From: Nitrospirota bacterium
GTDB taxonomy: Bacteria; Nitrospirota; Nitrospiria; Nitrospirales; Nitrospiraceae
Direction of reading: 5' to 3'
Length of the DNA stretch: 64,000 nucleotides
Assembly (NCBI GenBank): GCA_963701855.1
Contig: CAVPBK010000006.1
Coordinates: forward strand, 320,001-384,000
Shown: positions 54,201 to 64,000 of the stretch, piece after piece
Numbering within the stretch: position 1 is the stretch's first letter
Layout: every line of letters starts with the position of its first letter
The notes under the pieces: model-generated
What the model was told of the DNA's origin: nothing
The model's database searches: none
Seen by the model: only the letters and a program-made list of their open reading frames with translations
Program-made: the position numbers and the translations under genes

Positions 54201-57200
54201 GAAACCATCAATACGATGGTCGAGCAGCTCCGTTCCTTCGCGTCAGAGGTCACCCGCGTGGCGCGCGAGGTCGGCACCGAGGGCCGGCTCGGCGTTCAGG
54301 CAGTAGTGCCCGGCGTCGCGGGGACCTGGAAAGATCTCACCGACTCGGTCAACACCATGGGCGCGAACCTCACCGCGCAGGTCCGCAACATCGCGGAAGT
54401 CACCACCGCCGTCGCGCGCGGCGATCTCAACCGCAAGATCACCGTCGATGTGAAAGGCGAAATCCTCGAGTTGAAGAACACGATCAATACCATGGTCGAT
54501 CAGCTCAATTCCTTCGCCGGCGAGGTGACGCGTGTGGCGCGCGAGGTCGGCACCGAGGGGAAACTCGGAGGCCAGGCGCAGGTGAGCGGCGTGGGCGGCA
54601 CCTGGAAGGACCTCACCGACAACGTCAACTTCATGGCTTCCAATCTCACCGAACAAGTCCGCGGCATCGTGAAAGTGGTCACCGCCGTGGCCAACGGCAA
54701 CCTGAGCCAGCGCTTGACCGTGCAGGCCAAAGGTGAGGTTGCCGCGCTCGCCGATACCATCAATAATATGACCGATACGCTTGCGACCTTTGCCGACCAG
54801 GTCACGAACGTGGCGCGCGAAGTCGGCGTCGACGGACGGCTCGGCGGCCAGGCCAACGTCCCCGGCGCAGCCGGCACGTGGAAGGATCTTACCGGCAATG
54901 TCAACCTGCTTGCCGCCAATCTCACCACGCAGGTGCGCGCCATTGCCGAGGTCGCCACGGCCGTCACCAAGGGTGATCTCACACGCTCCATTCAGGTGGA
55001 AACACGTGGCGAGGTGGCCGAACTGAAGGACAACATCAATACGATGATTTCCAACCTGCGCGAGACGACCGAAAGCAACCGCGAGCAGGACTGGCTCAAG
55101 ACCAACCTCGCAAAATTCAGCGGCATGCTCCAGGGCCAGCGCGAGCTGAATACGGTGGGTCGAATGCTCCTCACCGAGCTGACGCCGCTGGTCAATGCCC
55201 ATCAAGGCACCATCTACCATCTTACCGGCACAGGCGACGATCCCACACTGAACCTGCTCTCGAGCTATGCACACGGTGGAGACGAGCCACTCTTGGAACA
55301 GATATCCCTCGGCGAAGGCCTCGTCGGCCAGTGCGCAGTGGAAAAACGGCGCATCCTGCTCAATAATGTACCGCCTGATTTCATCTCAATCTCGTCCAGT
55401 CTCGGCAAGGCGCGGCAGGTGAGTATCATCGTGCTGCCCGTACTCTTCGAGGGACAGACCAAGGCAGTCATCGAGCTGGCCACGCTCCAGAGCTTCAGCG
55501 CCGGGTCACTCGCATTCCTTGAGCTGCTCACCCAAAGCATCGGCGCGGTCTTCAATACCATCGAAGCGACGATGCGAACCGAGGGTCTGCTCACGCAATC
55601 GCAACAGCTCACCGTCGAACTTCAGTCCCGCCAGTCAGAACTCCAACAGACCAACGAGGAGCTGGGCATGAAGGCCAAGCTCCTTGCCGAGCAAAACGCC
55701 GAGGTCGAGCGTAAGAACGCCGAGGTCGAGCAGGCTCGTCGCGCGCTCGAGGAAAAAGCCGCCGAGTTGGCGCTCACGTCGAAATACAAGTCCGAGTTTC
55801 TCGCGAACATGTCCCACGAGCTGCGCACGCCGCTCAATTCCATCCTTATACTCAGTCAACAGCTCGCTGGAAATACCGGAGGGAACCTCTCGGATAAGCA
55901 GGTTGAGTTCTCCCGCAACATCAACTCCTCCGGCTCCGACCTGTTGCACCTCATCAATGACATCCTGGATCTCTCAAAAATCGAATCCGGGACCGTCACC
56001 GTCGAGGTCGAAGAAATCTCTTTCGCCGGCCTGCGCGACACCATCGACCGCAACTTCCGGCACGTGGCGGAAGCCAAGAATCTGCCCTTACACGTGCACT
56101 TTGCCGAGGACCTGCCTCGATTCATGTACACCGACCCGAAGCGGCTCCAGCAAATCCTCAAGAATCTGCTCTCCAACGCCGTGAAGTTCACCGCTCACGG
56201 CCAAGTCGAGGTTCGCGTCGGTTTTTCCACGCAGGGTTGGAGCGCCGATCATCCGGTGCTCAACGCAGCCCCGCATGTCCTCTCTTTCGCCGTCGAAGAC
56301 ACCGGCATCGGAGTTGCTCCGGAAAAGCAGCGGCTCATTTTCGAGGCCTTCCAGCAGGCCGACGCCGGCACTTCCCGCAAGTACGGCGGTACCGGCCTCG
56401 GGCTCGCCATCAGTCGTGAGCTGGCCGTACTGCTCGGCGGCGAAATCAAGCTTTCGAGCGTCTTCGGGCAAGGGAGCACCTTCACGCTCTACCTGCCTCT
56501 CCACTACTCCGGCCCCGATACTGAGAGGAGCGCGCCGGCCAGCATCGCCACACTCGAGACGGCCAAGCTGCTCTCTGTCCACCTGCCAGTCGCACGCGAA
56601 GAGCACATCGAGGACGATCGCAACCAGATCGAAGAGAGCGACTCCGTTTTGCTTATAATCGAGGACGACCCGCATTATGCGCGCGTCCTCCTGGGTCTAG
56701 CCCGCGACAAGGGCTTCAAGGGCATCGTCGCCACGAAAGGCGCGCTGGGCCTATCCCTCGCCCGGCAGTTCCACCCGGTGGCCATCTCGCTCGATATTGC
56801 GCTCCCGGATATGCTCGGGTGGACGGTGCTCAATCAGCTCAAGCTCGATCCGTCTACGCGTCACATCCCGGTCCAAATCATCACCGTGGAAGAAGAACGC
56901 CATCATGGCCTCGCGCACGGGGCGTTTTCCTACCTCGTCAAAGCGCCCACCACCGAAGGCCTGAAAGCGGCGTTCGACCGGATCAAAGACTTCACTGTCC
57001 CGCGCACGAAGCGGCTTCTGATCGTCGAAGACAATGACATTGAACGCCAATCCATCGTGGAGCTGCTCGGCTATACAGACATTGAAGTGGTGGCCGTCGC
57101 CACCGGAGGCGAGGCGCTGGAGGCGATGCTTGGCATGTCGTTCGACTGCGTCGTGCTCGATCTGCGCCTACCCGACATGACCGGATTCGAACTGTTGGAG

Positions 57201-57812
57201 AAAGTGCACGCAGAACCGACCCTGACGGACGTACCTGTGGTCGTCTTCACCGGCAAGGAGTTGACCGACGAAGAACAGTTGCGGCTCAAAGCGATGGCTA
57301 AGAGCATTGTCCTCAAAGACGTCCAATCACCCGAGCGGCTGCTGGACGAGACCGCTCTCTTCCTTCACCGAATCGTCACCGACTTGCCGGAAGAGAAGCA
57401 GAAGATGCTCGATCGGCTTCACGGCTCCAATGAAATCCTGCGCGGCAGGAAGGTCCTCGTGGTCGATGACGACGTACGTAACATCTTCGCCTTAACCTCG
57501 CTACTCGAAAACCAGGAGATGGACGTGGTCAGCGCAACCAATGGCCGCAACGCCATCGACCTCATTCAGAACACGCCAGACCTGAGCATCGTGCTTATGG
57601 ATATCATGATGCCGGAAATGGATGGCTATGAGACAATGCGCGAAATTCGAAAAGTCCAGGAATTCCGCACCGTCCCGATCCTTGCCCTCACAGCAAAAGC
57701 CATGAAAGGCGATCGCGAGAAGTGCCTCAACGCCGGCGCGAGCGATTACATCGCCAAGCCGGTGAATACGGACCAACTGCTGTCACTGATGCGGGTATGG
57801 CTTTTCAGGTAA
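51207..57812 (+). CDS. Poly-HAMP hybrid histidine kinase (13 x 92-aa repeats, GAF, HisKA, HATPase, 3 REC)
   Basis: VAREVG repeats at 276-bp period; SHELRTP, GGTGLGL; three receiver domains. Confidence 0.95.
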   Translation: MNETSILPSRKKQPSEAVLGNGKPGRQKTRHILSKDSSEAHSRLILATIVAFRDGDFSVRLPAGWTGMDAQIAEAFNQTIAQKEHILKEVTRLSATVGKEGRLRERMSLPGAVGAWATEVDSINTLIDDLVRPTTEIARTIGAVAKGDLDRSMELEVDGRLLKGEFLRSAKLVNTMIDQLSVFTSEVTRVAREVGTEGKLGGQARVKGVSGVWKELTDSVNQMAGNLTAQVRNIADVTIAVANGDLSKKITVDVRGEILQLKEAINTMVDQLRSFASEVTRVAREVGTDGRLGGQAVVPGVAGTWKDLTDSVNAMATNLTAQVRNIATVTTAVARGDLSRKITVDVKGEILELKETINTMVEQLRSFASEVTRVAREVGTEGKLGGQAQVPGVAGTWKDLTDNVNSMANNLTGQVRNIADVATAIAKGDLSSKITVEVKGEILELKNTINTMVDQLNAFASEVTRVAREVGTEGKLGGQAQVGGVGGTWKDLTDNVNFMASNLTGQVRNIADVATAIAKGDLSSKITVEVKGEILTLKNTLNTMVDQLNAFAGEVSRVAREVGTDGKLGGQAQVPGVAGTWKDLTDNVNSMANNLTGQVRNIADVTTAVARGDLSRKITVDVRGEILELKETINTMVDQLRSFAGEVSRVAREVGTDGKLGGQAQVPGVAGTWKDLTDNVNSMANNLTGQVRNIADVATAIAKGDLSSKITVEVKGEILTLKNTLNTMVDQLNAFAGEVSRVAREVGTEGKLGGQAQVPGVAGTWKDLTDNVNSMANNLTGQVRNIADVTTAVARGDLSRKITVEVKGEILELKNTINTMVDQLNGFASEVTRVAREVGTEGKLGGQAQVPGVAGTWKDLTDNVNSMANNLTSQVRNIADVATAVANGDLSRKITVDVRGEILQLKETINTMVEQLNSFAGEVSRVAREVGTEGKLGGQALVKGVGGTWKDLTDNVNSMANNLTGQVRNIAEVTIAVANGDLSRKITVDVRGEILQLKETINTMVEQLRSFASEVTRVAREVGTEGRLGVQAVVPGVAGTWKDLTDSVNTMGANLTAQVRNIAEVTTAVARGDLNRKITVDVKGEILELKNTINTMVDQLNSFAGEVTRVAREVGTEGKLGGQAQVSGVGGTWKDLTDNVNFMASNLTEQVRGIVKVVTAVANGNLSQRLTVQAKGEVAALADTINNMTDTLATFADQVTNVAREVGVDGRLGGQANVPGAAGTWKDLTGNVNLLAANLTTQVRAIAEVATAVTKGDLTRSIQVETRGEVAELKDNINTMISNLRETTESNREQDWLKTNLAKFSGMLQGQRELNTVGRMLLTELTPLVNAHQGTIYHLTGTGDDPTLNLLSSYAHGGDEPLLEQISLGEGLVGQCAVEKRRILLNNVPPDFISISSSLGKARQVSIIVLPVLFEGQTKAVIELATLQSFSAGSLAFLELLTQSIGAVFNTIEATMRTEGLLTQSQQLTVELQSRQSELQQTNEELGMKAKLLAEQNAEVERKNAEVEQARRALEEKAAELALTSKYKSEFLANMSHELRTPLNSILILSQQLAGNTGGNLSDKQVEFSRNINSSGSDLLHLINDILDLSKIESGTVTVEVEEISFAGLRDTIDRNFRHVAEAKNLPLHVHFAEDLPRFMYTDPKRLQQILKNLLSNAVKFTAHGQVEVRVGFSTQGWSADHPVLNAAPHVLSFAVEDTGIGVAPEKQRLIFEAFQQADAGTSRKYGGTGLGLAISRELAVLLGGEIKLSSVFGQGSTFTLYLPLHYSGPDTERSAPASIATLETAKLLSVHLPVAREEHIEDDRNQIEESDSVLLIIEDDPHYARVLLGLARDKGFKGIVATKGALGLSLARQFHPVAISLDIALPDMLGWTVLNQLKLDPSTRHIPVQIITVEEERHHGLAHGAFSYLVKAPTTEGLKAAFDRIKDFTVPRTKRLLIVEDNDIERQSIVELLGYTDIEVVAVATGGEALEAMLGMSFDCVVLDLRLPDMTGFELLEKVHAEPTLTDVPVVVFTGKELTDEEQLRLKAMAKSIVLKDVQSPERLLDETALFLHRIVTDLPEEKQKMLDRLHGSNEILRGRKVLVVDDDVRNIFALTSLLENQEMDVVSATNGRNAIDLIQNTPDLSIVLMDIMMPEMDGYETMREIRKVQEFRTVPILALTAKAMKGDREKCLNAGASDYIAKPVNTDQLLSLMRVWLFR

Positions 57813-57841
57813 ACGAGATCGAGGAATAAAGAGGCCACATC

Positions 57842-60340
57842 ATGAACATTGACACCAACTCACCGTCGACCGACGCCCAGGTGCAAGATCTGCACTCCCA
57901 ACGTCGGTCCCCTGCCGTGGCTCTAGCGTCCGCCGGTCTCGCGGGCCCCATCAACATCCTGATCGTAGACGATGAACCGAAAAATCTTACCGTGCTCGAA
58001 ACCGTCCTTGACGCTCCGGATTACCGGCTGGTCCGGGCCGGATCCGCTGACCAGGCATTGCACGCGCTCGTCATGGAGGAATTCGCCCTTCTCATCCTGG
58101 ATATCCGGTTGCCCGGTATGACCGGTTTCGAGCTGGCCCAGATGATCAAGCAGCGGAAGAAGACCGCCGACGTGCCGATCATCTTCCTGACCGCCTACTA
58201 CAACGAAGACCAGCATGTGCTCGAAGGCTACGGGACCGGCGCGGTGGACTACCTCGTCAAGCCGGTGAACCCCGCCATCCTTCGCTCGAAGGTTGCCGTT
58301 TTTGCCGAACTGCACAGGAAGAGCCGTGCCCTGCTTACCGAAGTAACCGAGCGCCGCCGAGTCGAAGAGCAACTGCGCGAGCTGAATGACACGCTTGAGC
58401 AGCGCGTGACTGAACGCACGCACGCACTGCAGATAGCCAGTGCCGCCCTGCACGAGACCGGCGAACAATACCGTTCCCTCTTCGACGGCAGCCTCGACGC
58501 GATCTTTTTCCTTGACGCCGACGAACGCTTCAAGGCGGCCAATCCCGCCGCGCTCCGGCTCATCACTCGCACATTCGAGGAGCTCAAGACCATCCCCTTC
58601 TTGGACCTCTGCGCGCCCGATCAGCGAGAAACCGTGAGGCAGGAATTTCACGACGCCTTTCGCCGCCAGGGCTTCGCGATTGACACAGCCTTAGTCACCG
58701 TCACCGGTGAGCGCCGCGATCTATTCATCAGCGGGACACCGGAAATCCAGGATGGGAAAGTCGTCGGTATCTCGTGCATCGCGCGAGACATTACCCAGCG
58801 CATCAAAACCGAAGAGGCGTTACGTCTCAGCGAAGCCCGTTATCGGGAACTCATTCAAGCTCTTCCAGCTGCTGTGTACACCACCGACGAGCGAGGCCGT
58901 ATTACGCTCTACAACCAGGCAGCCGTCACCTTGTGGGGGCGTGACCCGGAAGTCGGCAAGGATTTGTGGTGCGGATCGTGGAAGATCTTTCGGCCAGACG
59001 GCACCCCAATTCCCTTGGACGAATGTCCGATGGCTGTCACATTACGTGAAGGGCGGGCGATTCGGGGCGAAGAGATCGTCATCGAACGGCCCGACGGCAC
59101 AAGACGCCATGTGCTGCCGCATCCCGAACCGATGCGGAACGCTCAGGGCGTGGTCATCGGGGCCATTAATATGCTGGTGGACATTACCGACCGCAAGCAG
59201 GCGGAGCGCGCCATGGTGCATTTGGCGGCGATTGTGATGTCTTCTGAGGATGCGATCATCAGCAAGAATTTGCAGGGTAACGTGACCAGTTGGAACGGAG
59301 CAGCAGAACGGTTGTTCGGATATACGGCGGACGAAATGATTGGACAACCGGTGAGTCGCCTCATTCCTTCGGATCTACAGGATGAAGAAACGGGCATTCT
59401 CCAGCGGATCAGACGAGGCGAATCGATCGAGCAATACGAAACGATCCGGGTGAGAAAAGATGGAACCGCTTTCCCCATCTCCCTGACCGTCTCGCCTCTG
59501 ATCGATCTTCATGGCAGGATCATCGGAGCCTCGAAAATCGCCCGGAATATCACGGAGCAGAAACGCGTGGAAGAGGCGCTACGGGAGCGCGATCGCACCT
59601 TGACGATGGTGAACGACGCCTTGAAGAAACAGGCGGTGGCGCTGGCCGAAGCCAACAAGGAGCTGGAAGGATTTTCCTATTCGGTCTCGCACGACTTGCG
59701 GGCTCCGCTGCGCACCATCGATGCCTTCAGCCGCATCGTGGAAGAAGAACATGGCCCTCGCCTGGACGACGAAGGGCGTCGCAGCCTCACCATCATTCGG
59801 AAGGCAGTTGGTCAGGCGGGTGAACTGATCGACGATCTGCTCGAATTCTCCAAACTGGGCCGTCAAGGCATGACTTTCCGTTTGGTCAAGATGGCAGACT
59901 TGGCACGGGAAGCAGCGGATGATTTGAAGATCATGCAGGAAGGCCGGCAGGTTGATCTGAACGTTGGGAACTTGCCCTCCTGCCAGGGAGACCGTCGGTT
60001 TCTGAAACTCGTCTGGATGAATTTGCTCACCAATGCCTTCAAGTACACCAAGAATCGGAAAGAGACCAGGATCGAAGTTGGATGGATGCCGGATGACGCG
60101 AGCCCGGAGTCGGTGATCTACTATGTCAAGGACAACGGCATTGGGTTCAACATGGCCTATGCGCACAAATTGTTCGGAGTGTTCCAACGGTTACATCGGA
60201 GAGAGGATTTCGACGGCACCGGAGTAGGATTGGCCGTTGTCCAGCGCATTGTCCAACGCCATGATGGGCGGGTCTGGGCTGAAGGCAAGGTGGACGAGGG
60301 CGCCACATTCTTTGTGTCCCTCCGAAAGGCGATCGCGTGA
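57842..60340 (+). CDS. Hybrid histidine kinase REC-PAS x3-HisKA-HATPase
   Basis: IVDD, PAS/PAC motifs, SHDLRAP, FQRLH, GTGVGL. Confidence 0.93.
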   Translation: MNIDTNSPSTDAQVQDLHSQRRSPAVALASAGLAGPINILIVDDEPKNLTVLETVLDAPDYRLVRAGSADQALHALVMEEFALLILDIRLPGMTGFELAQMIKQRKKTADVPIIFLTAYYNEDQHVLEGYGTGAVDYLVKPVNPAILRSKVAVFAELHRKSRALLTEVTERRRVEEQLRELNDTLEQRVTERTHALQIASAALHETGEQYRSLFDGSLDAIFFLDADERFKAANPAALRLITRTFEELKTIPFLDLCAPDQRETVRQEFHDAFRRQGFAIDTALVTVTGERRDLFISGTPEIQDGKVVGISCIARDITQRIKTEEALRLSEARYRELIQALPAAVYTTDERGRITLYNQAAVTLWGRDPEVGKDLWCGSWKIFRPDGTPIPLDECPMAVTLREGRAIRGEEIVIERPDGTRRHVLPHPEPMRNAQGVVIGAINMLVDITDRKQAERAMVHLAAIVMSSEDAIISKNLQGNVTSWNGAAERLFGYTADEMIGQPVSRLIPSDLQDEETGILQRIRRGESIEQYETIRVRKDGTAFPISLTVSPLIDLHGRIIGASKIARNITEQKRVEEALRERDRTLTMVNDALKKQAVALAEANKELEGFSYSVSHDLRAPLRTIDAFSRIVEEEHGPRLDDEGRRSLTIIRKAVGQAGELIDDLLEFSKLGRQGMTFRLVKMADLAREAADDLKIMQEGRQVDLNVGNLPSCQGDRRFLKLVWMNLLTNAFKYTKNRKETRIEVGWMPDDASPESVIYYVKDNGIGFNMAYAHKLFGVFQRLHRREDFDGTGVGLAVVQRIVQRHDGRVWAEGKVDEGATFFVSLRKAIA

Positions 60341-60804
60341 GGAATGGGATGGAGATATTGTTGATCGAAGACAGTGCCGAAGATGTGGAAATCACATTGC
60401 GGGCATTTCGGAAATATGATTTGGCGAACAAGGTTCACGTGGTGCGTGACGGTGAGGAGGCATTGGAATGTCTCTTCAGCACAGGGAGGTATGCCGGGCA
60501 GGCGGTCTGCTCGAATACCCGGTTGATTCTGCTTGACCTCAAACTCCCAAAAGTCGACGGCAATGAAGTTTTGCAACGGTGTAAATCCGACCCGCGGACC
60601 AAGAACATTCCCGTTGTGGTTCTCACGTCTTCCAGAGAAGAACGCGATCTGACCGATACATACAATCTCGGCGTGAATAGTTATGTCGTCAAGCCGCTCG
60701 ATTTTTCTCAATTCACCGATGCGATTCGGCAAGTGAGTCTGTATTGGATGGGGTTGAATCAACTCCCGCCGGAGCCTGTCTCTGCGAGGGAGCAAGGCCG
60801 GTGA
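60337..60804 (+). CDS. Rcp1-like single-domain response regulator
   Basis: LLDLKLP, LTSS and NSYVVKP motifs. Confidence 0.92.
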   Translation: MRNGMEILLIEDSAEDVEITLRAFRKYDLANKVHVVRDGEEALECLFSTGRYAGQAVCSNTRLILLDLKLPKVDGNEVLQRCKSDPRTKNIPVVVLTSSREERDLTDTYNLGVNSYVVKPLDFSQFTDAIRQVSLYWMGLNQLPPEPVSAREQGR

Positions 60805-60839
60805 TCCTCAGTGACTATGTAACGACGGAGGCTACACGT

Positions 60840-62600
60840 ATGGCCGACTTACGCGTCTTGATCGTCGAAGACGATCCGTTGGACGCAGAATTGACCGTCC
60901 GGGAACTGCAGAAAAGCGGCTACGATCCTGAGTGGCAGCGGGTCGATACGCAGGCGGAATTCATGAATCGCCTGACCCAAGATCCGCCGGACGTCATCAT
61001 TTCAGACCATGTCATGCCGCAGTTCAGCTCGGCGGAAGCATTGCGCTGTCTTCACAATTGCCGGCTGGCGATTCCCTTCATCGTCGTGTCCCACGCCATC
61101 GGGGACGAGGAGGCTGTGGGACTGATGCGCAACGGCGCGTCCGACTATATCCTCAAGGACCGGATGGCCCGCTTGGGCGAGGCGGTGCGGCATGTCTTGG
61201 AAAAACGGCAGTTACGCTCCCAATACGCCGAAGCGCAGGAAGATCTGCGGCTCCTCAACCAGGAGCTGGAAAGGCGGATCGTTGAGAGGACAGCTGAACT
61301 CGAGGTTGCGAATAGCGCGCTGGCACGCGAACTCTCCGAGCGGAGGCAAATCGAAGAGCAACTTCGCCAGCTGACCGGCACGCTCGAAGAGCGGGTCAAG
61401 GAACGAACCCGGCAGCTTTCGACCTCTTACACCAGACTCCGCGCCCTCGCAACAGACTTGACGGTTGCTGAACAGACGGAACGGCGCCGGCTTGCGATTG
61501 AGTTGCACGACTATTTAGCCCAGATACTTGTCGTGAGTCGCATGAAAGTGGCTCAGCTGCTGACACAGGATCACGATCCTGAAGTGCGTAAGACTCTGCA
61601 GGGCGTCGATCAGTTGCTACATCAATCGCTCGACTACACTCGGTCGCTGGTATCCGAGCTGACACCTCAGGCTCTGTACGAGAGTGGGCTGGGTGCCGCC
61701 ATCCGATGGCTGGGGGATCAGATGCGCAGGCAAGCGGTGCTGAACGTAGAGATTGACATCGACACACCCGAGCTGCCTTTGCCTGAGGCGGATGCGGTGC
61801 TGCTGTTCCACTCGATTCGCGAATTGTTATTCAATGTGCTCAAACATGGGAAAATCAATCGTGCATCCGTATCCATGCAGTATGCCCAGAATGTCTTGTC
61901 CGTCATCGTGTCGGACCGGGGATGCGGATTCGATGTGTCACGATTGAGCGAAGATCATTCCGATCGGTTCGGCCTGTTGAGTATTCGGGAACGAATGACG
62001 GCACTCGGGGGGAGCTTCGATCTGCAATCGGTACCGGGAAAGGGTACGGTTGCGTCGCTCCACCTGCCTGTGACAGCGTCCAGCGAACGCATTGATGCCG
62101 AAGCAGTGAATCCCTCTTTCGAGAACGCGGCGTCCCGGAAAACCTTCGAGCCGGACTTGGTCCCCCCTTCTTCCGGCGAGCCGAATGCCGTGACTCCGCT
62201 TCGGGTGCTGATCGTCGACGATCACCAAATGGTTCGAGAAGGTTTGTGCTCTATTTTAAGCGAGTATGCCGACTTGGCGGTGATCGGAGAGGCTTCGACC
62301 GGAGAGCAAGCGCTTGAATTGGCCGGCACGCTGATGCCCCAAGTCGTCATTATGGACATGCATATGCCTGGTTGGAATGGGGCTGAATCTACCAGGCGGA
62401 TTTTGAAAGAACACCCCGCGATTGTTGTAATTGGGTTGTCCATTCAAACCGATTCGCATGTATCCGATTCCATGCTGGCTGCCGGGGCCGCAGGGTTCTT
62501 GCCGAAGGAAACGATTGGGAGCGAACTGTATTCCACGATTCAAACGGCTGTCCGTCGTATGAAATCCCGCACGCCTAGCAGCTCTCAACTCCCCGTCTAA
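60840..62600 (+). CDS. Hybrid kinase REC-HisKA_3-HATPase-REC (NarX/UhpB-type core)
   Basis: ERRRLAIELHD, ELLFNVLKH, D.G.GF, FGLLSIRER; two receiver domains. Confidence 0.92.
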   Translation: MADLRVLIVEDDPLDAELTVRELQKSGYDPEWQRVDTQAEFMNRLTQDPPDVIISDHVMPQFSSAEALRCLHNCRLAIPFIVVSHAIGDEEAVGLMRNGASDYILKDRMARLGEAVRHVLEKRQLRSQYAEAQEDLRLLNQELERRIVERTAELEVANSALARELSERRQIEEQLRQLTGTLEERVKERTRQLSTSYTRLRALATDLTVAEQTERRRLAIELHDYLAQILVVSRMKVAQLLTQDHDPEVRKTLQGVDQLLHQSLDYTRSLVSELTPQALYESGLGAAIRWLGDQMRRQAVLNVEIDIDTPELPLPEADAVLLFHSIRELLFNVLKHGKINRASVSMQYAQNVLSVIVSDRGCGFDVSRLSEDHSDRFGLLSIRERMTALGGSFDLQSVPGKGTVASLHLPVTASSERIDAEAVNPSFENAASRKTFEPDLVPPSSGEPNAVTPLRVLIVDDHQMVREGLCSILSEYADLAVIGEASTGEQALELAGTLMPQVVIMDMHMPGWNGAESTRRILKEHPAIVVIGLSIQTDSHVSDSMLAAGAAGFLPKETIGSELYSTIQTAVRRMKSRTPSSSQLPV

Positions 62601-62662
62601 GGGCTACAGGAGGGTCGGTGTGAATTGACCTCATCCGCACCCTCCGCCAGAACTGCCTTTCG

Positions 62663-62827
62663 TTATGCAGGAGGCCGCTTGCCCATGACGAGACTGACGA
62701 TGGCGACGATGACGAATATGACAAACAGCACATAGGCAATATAGGTCGCCGTACCAGCGACCCCAGTGACCCCCAAGAGCGCTGCGACCAGCCCAACGAT
62801 GAGAAATGTCACGGCCCAGTGCAGCAT
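62663..62827 (-). CDS. DUF1328 (UPF0391) small membrane protein
   Basis: 54 aa, below the ORF-track cutoff: MLHWAVTFLIVGLVAALLGVTGVAGTA...; AGGAGG RBS. Confidence 0.9.
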   Translation of the reverse strand: MLHWAVTFLIVGLVAALLGVTGVAGTATYIAYVLFVIFVIVAIVSLVMGKRPPA

Positions 62828-62925
62828 GATAAGACCTCCTTGGATAGAAATTGCTTAACAAGATCCGAGGTGACATCGTTAGGATTGCATGGATCAATGT
62901 ACCTCCTAAGGAATTCCCGATTGGA

Positions 62926-63285
62926 TTACGGCGTAATGTTATGGGAAGCCTTGTTCTGTTCGAACCAATCATCGATCCATTTTCTCACTTCATCCTTCCG
63001 ATCTCCGTAGCGCTCCTGAATCTTCCCTTCTAGCTTATCGTGACTTCCCTCGATATAGAGGATGTCGTCGTCTGTGAAATTGCCCCATTTCTTTTTCAGT
63101 TCACCTTTGAATTGTTTCCATTTGCCTTTCAGTTGATCCTCATTAAGTACCAGTACAATTGGGACACCTGTACCGGAGATCGAAAGTCCCTTCTGATGCC
63201 ACGCCGCCGCCGACATCGGCGATGCGGCGACTGCCACGACGCACATCCCAAGAGCAACCATCAGGATTCGAGTAATATTATTCAT
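62926..63285 (-). CDS. CsbD-family protein with N-terminal signal peptide
   Basis: NEDQLKGKWKQFKG...LEGKIQERYG after a Sec-like leader. Confidence 0.85.
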   Translation of the reverse strand: MNNITRILMVALGMCVVAVAASPMSAAAWHQKGLSISGTGVPIVLVLNEDQLKGKWKQFKGELKKKWGNFTDDDILYIEGSHDKLEGKIQERYGDRKDEVRKWIDDWFEQNKASHNITP

Positions 63286-63377
63286 GGTGTCTCCTTTGAT
63301 TGAAGAGGGTGCGGTCGGATGGTCATCCAACCGTACCCGTGGTTGTCACTTCAAAAGAGCGGAGCGAACATGTTGAA

Positions 63378-63611
63378 CTACTTTCGCTCCAACGCTCCGG
63401 CCGTATTCTGAGTCTGAACAGAACGGTACCAGTCATCTGCCCACCGACTGATCTCGTCCTTCCGGTCGGCATATCGCCTCTGGATCGCTCCCTTGAACTT
63501 GTCGTAGTCCCCTTCGATCTTCATGAGATCGTCGTCCGTGAACGCGCCCCACTGTTTCTTGAGTTCACCTTTGAATTCGTTCCATTTACCTTTGAAATGG
63601 TCGGCATTCAT
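63378..63611 (-). CDS. csbD: CsbD-family general stress protein
   Basis: MNADHFKGKWNEFKG...TDDDL...IQRRY. Confidence 0.9.
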   Translation of the reverse strand: MNADHFKGKWNEFKGELKKQWGAFTDDDLMKIEGDYDKFKGAIQRRYADRKDEISRWADDWYRSVQTQNTAGALERK

Positions 63612-64000
63612 GTCTCTCCTCCTTATCGTTATTATGTGACGGGGTTTTGGTGTCCTTCACTCCAACATCGGAACTTTCCCGATTGATAGAAACTCGCTGA
63701 GTCTGTCCGTCCTGGAGAGGAACCATCTTGAGAAAAATCTCCACTGACTCCTCCCAATCCTGAAGGATACTTGACTGTCGGTACCTCCCTGGAGACTTCT
63801 ACATGCATGACTCGACTCTCTCACTCTCTTGATACAGGTATACCCTGGTCAAGGAATGCAGAAGACTGGCTTGTTCCCTAGTTCATCGAGAAGGCAACCC
63901 GAGTTCTCGATTCGAAGGTATTGCCTTACTCTCATTAGGGCACGGGCCCTAACTATAAGTTTTGACCAACGCAGCGGTTCGAAGAATGGGTGTGTGCGGA

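Noticed and set aside
51500..55050. Long antisense ORFs and repeat array
   Set aside because: Shadows of the poly-HAMP coding repeats.

Overview
Bacterial chromosomal window with three parts. Gene content and intergenic repeat style suggest Nitrospira/Nitrospirota, but that is an inference. (1) 1-27.4 kb is a cell-envelope/EPS locus: GHL10 hydrolase, Wzy-like polymerase, an ACP/AMP-ligase/reductase/deacetylase/GNAT cassette, three VPLPA-type CTERM surface proteins plus a decayed paralogue, a secreted PBP-fold protein, tonB-exbD-exbB, a frameshifted DUF3739-type two-partner secretion pair, a lone gspC, an OM beta-barrel and an FN3-repeat protein. Most of its transcription units are preceded by a shared TTAAC-N5-GTTAA / TAAC-N7-TAAC motif. 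(2) 27.4-43 kb is an accessory island marked by two tRNA 3'-half remnants. It carries NDH-2, an arsR-arsM-acr3-pstS-arsC operon and several IS3 and IS110 elements. (3) 43-64 kb is a general-stress/signalling cluster: two NarL regulators, Crp/Fnr, a 2201-aa poly-HAMP hybrid kinase phosphorelay, DUF1328 and two CsbD proteins. The best finding is an intact IS621-like IS110 element (40710-41865). Its bridge RNA can be read directly from the sequence, and its target guides spell GTGAC-CT-GCCCC, the terminal inverted repeat of IS3-family elements. It sits inside one such end, and an unoccupied near-perfect target lies about 500 bp away. No CRISPR array, rRNA or complete tRNA was seen.
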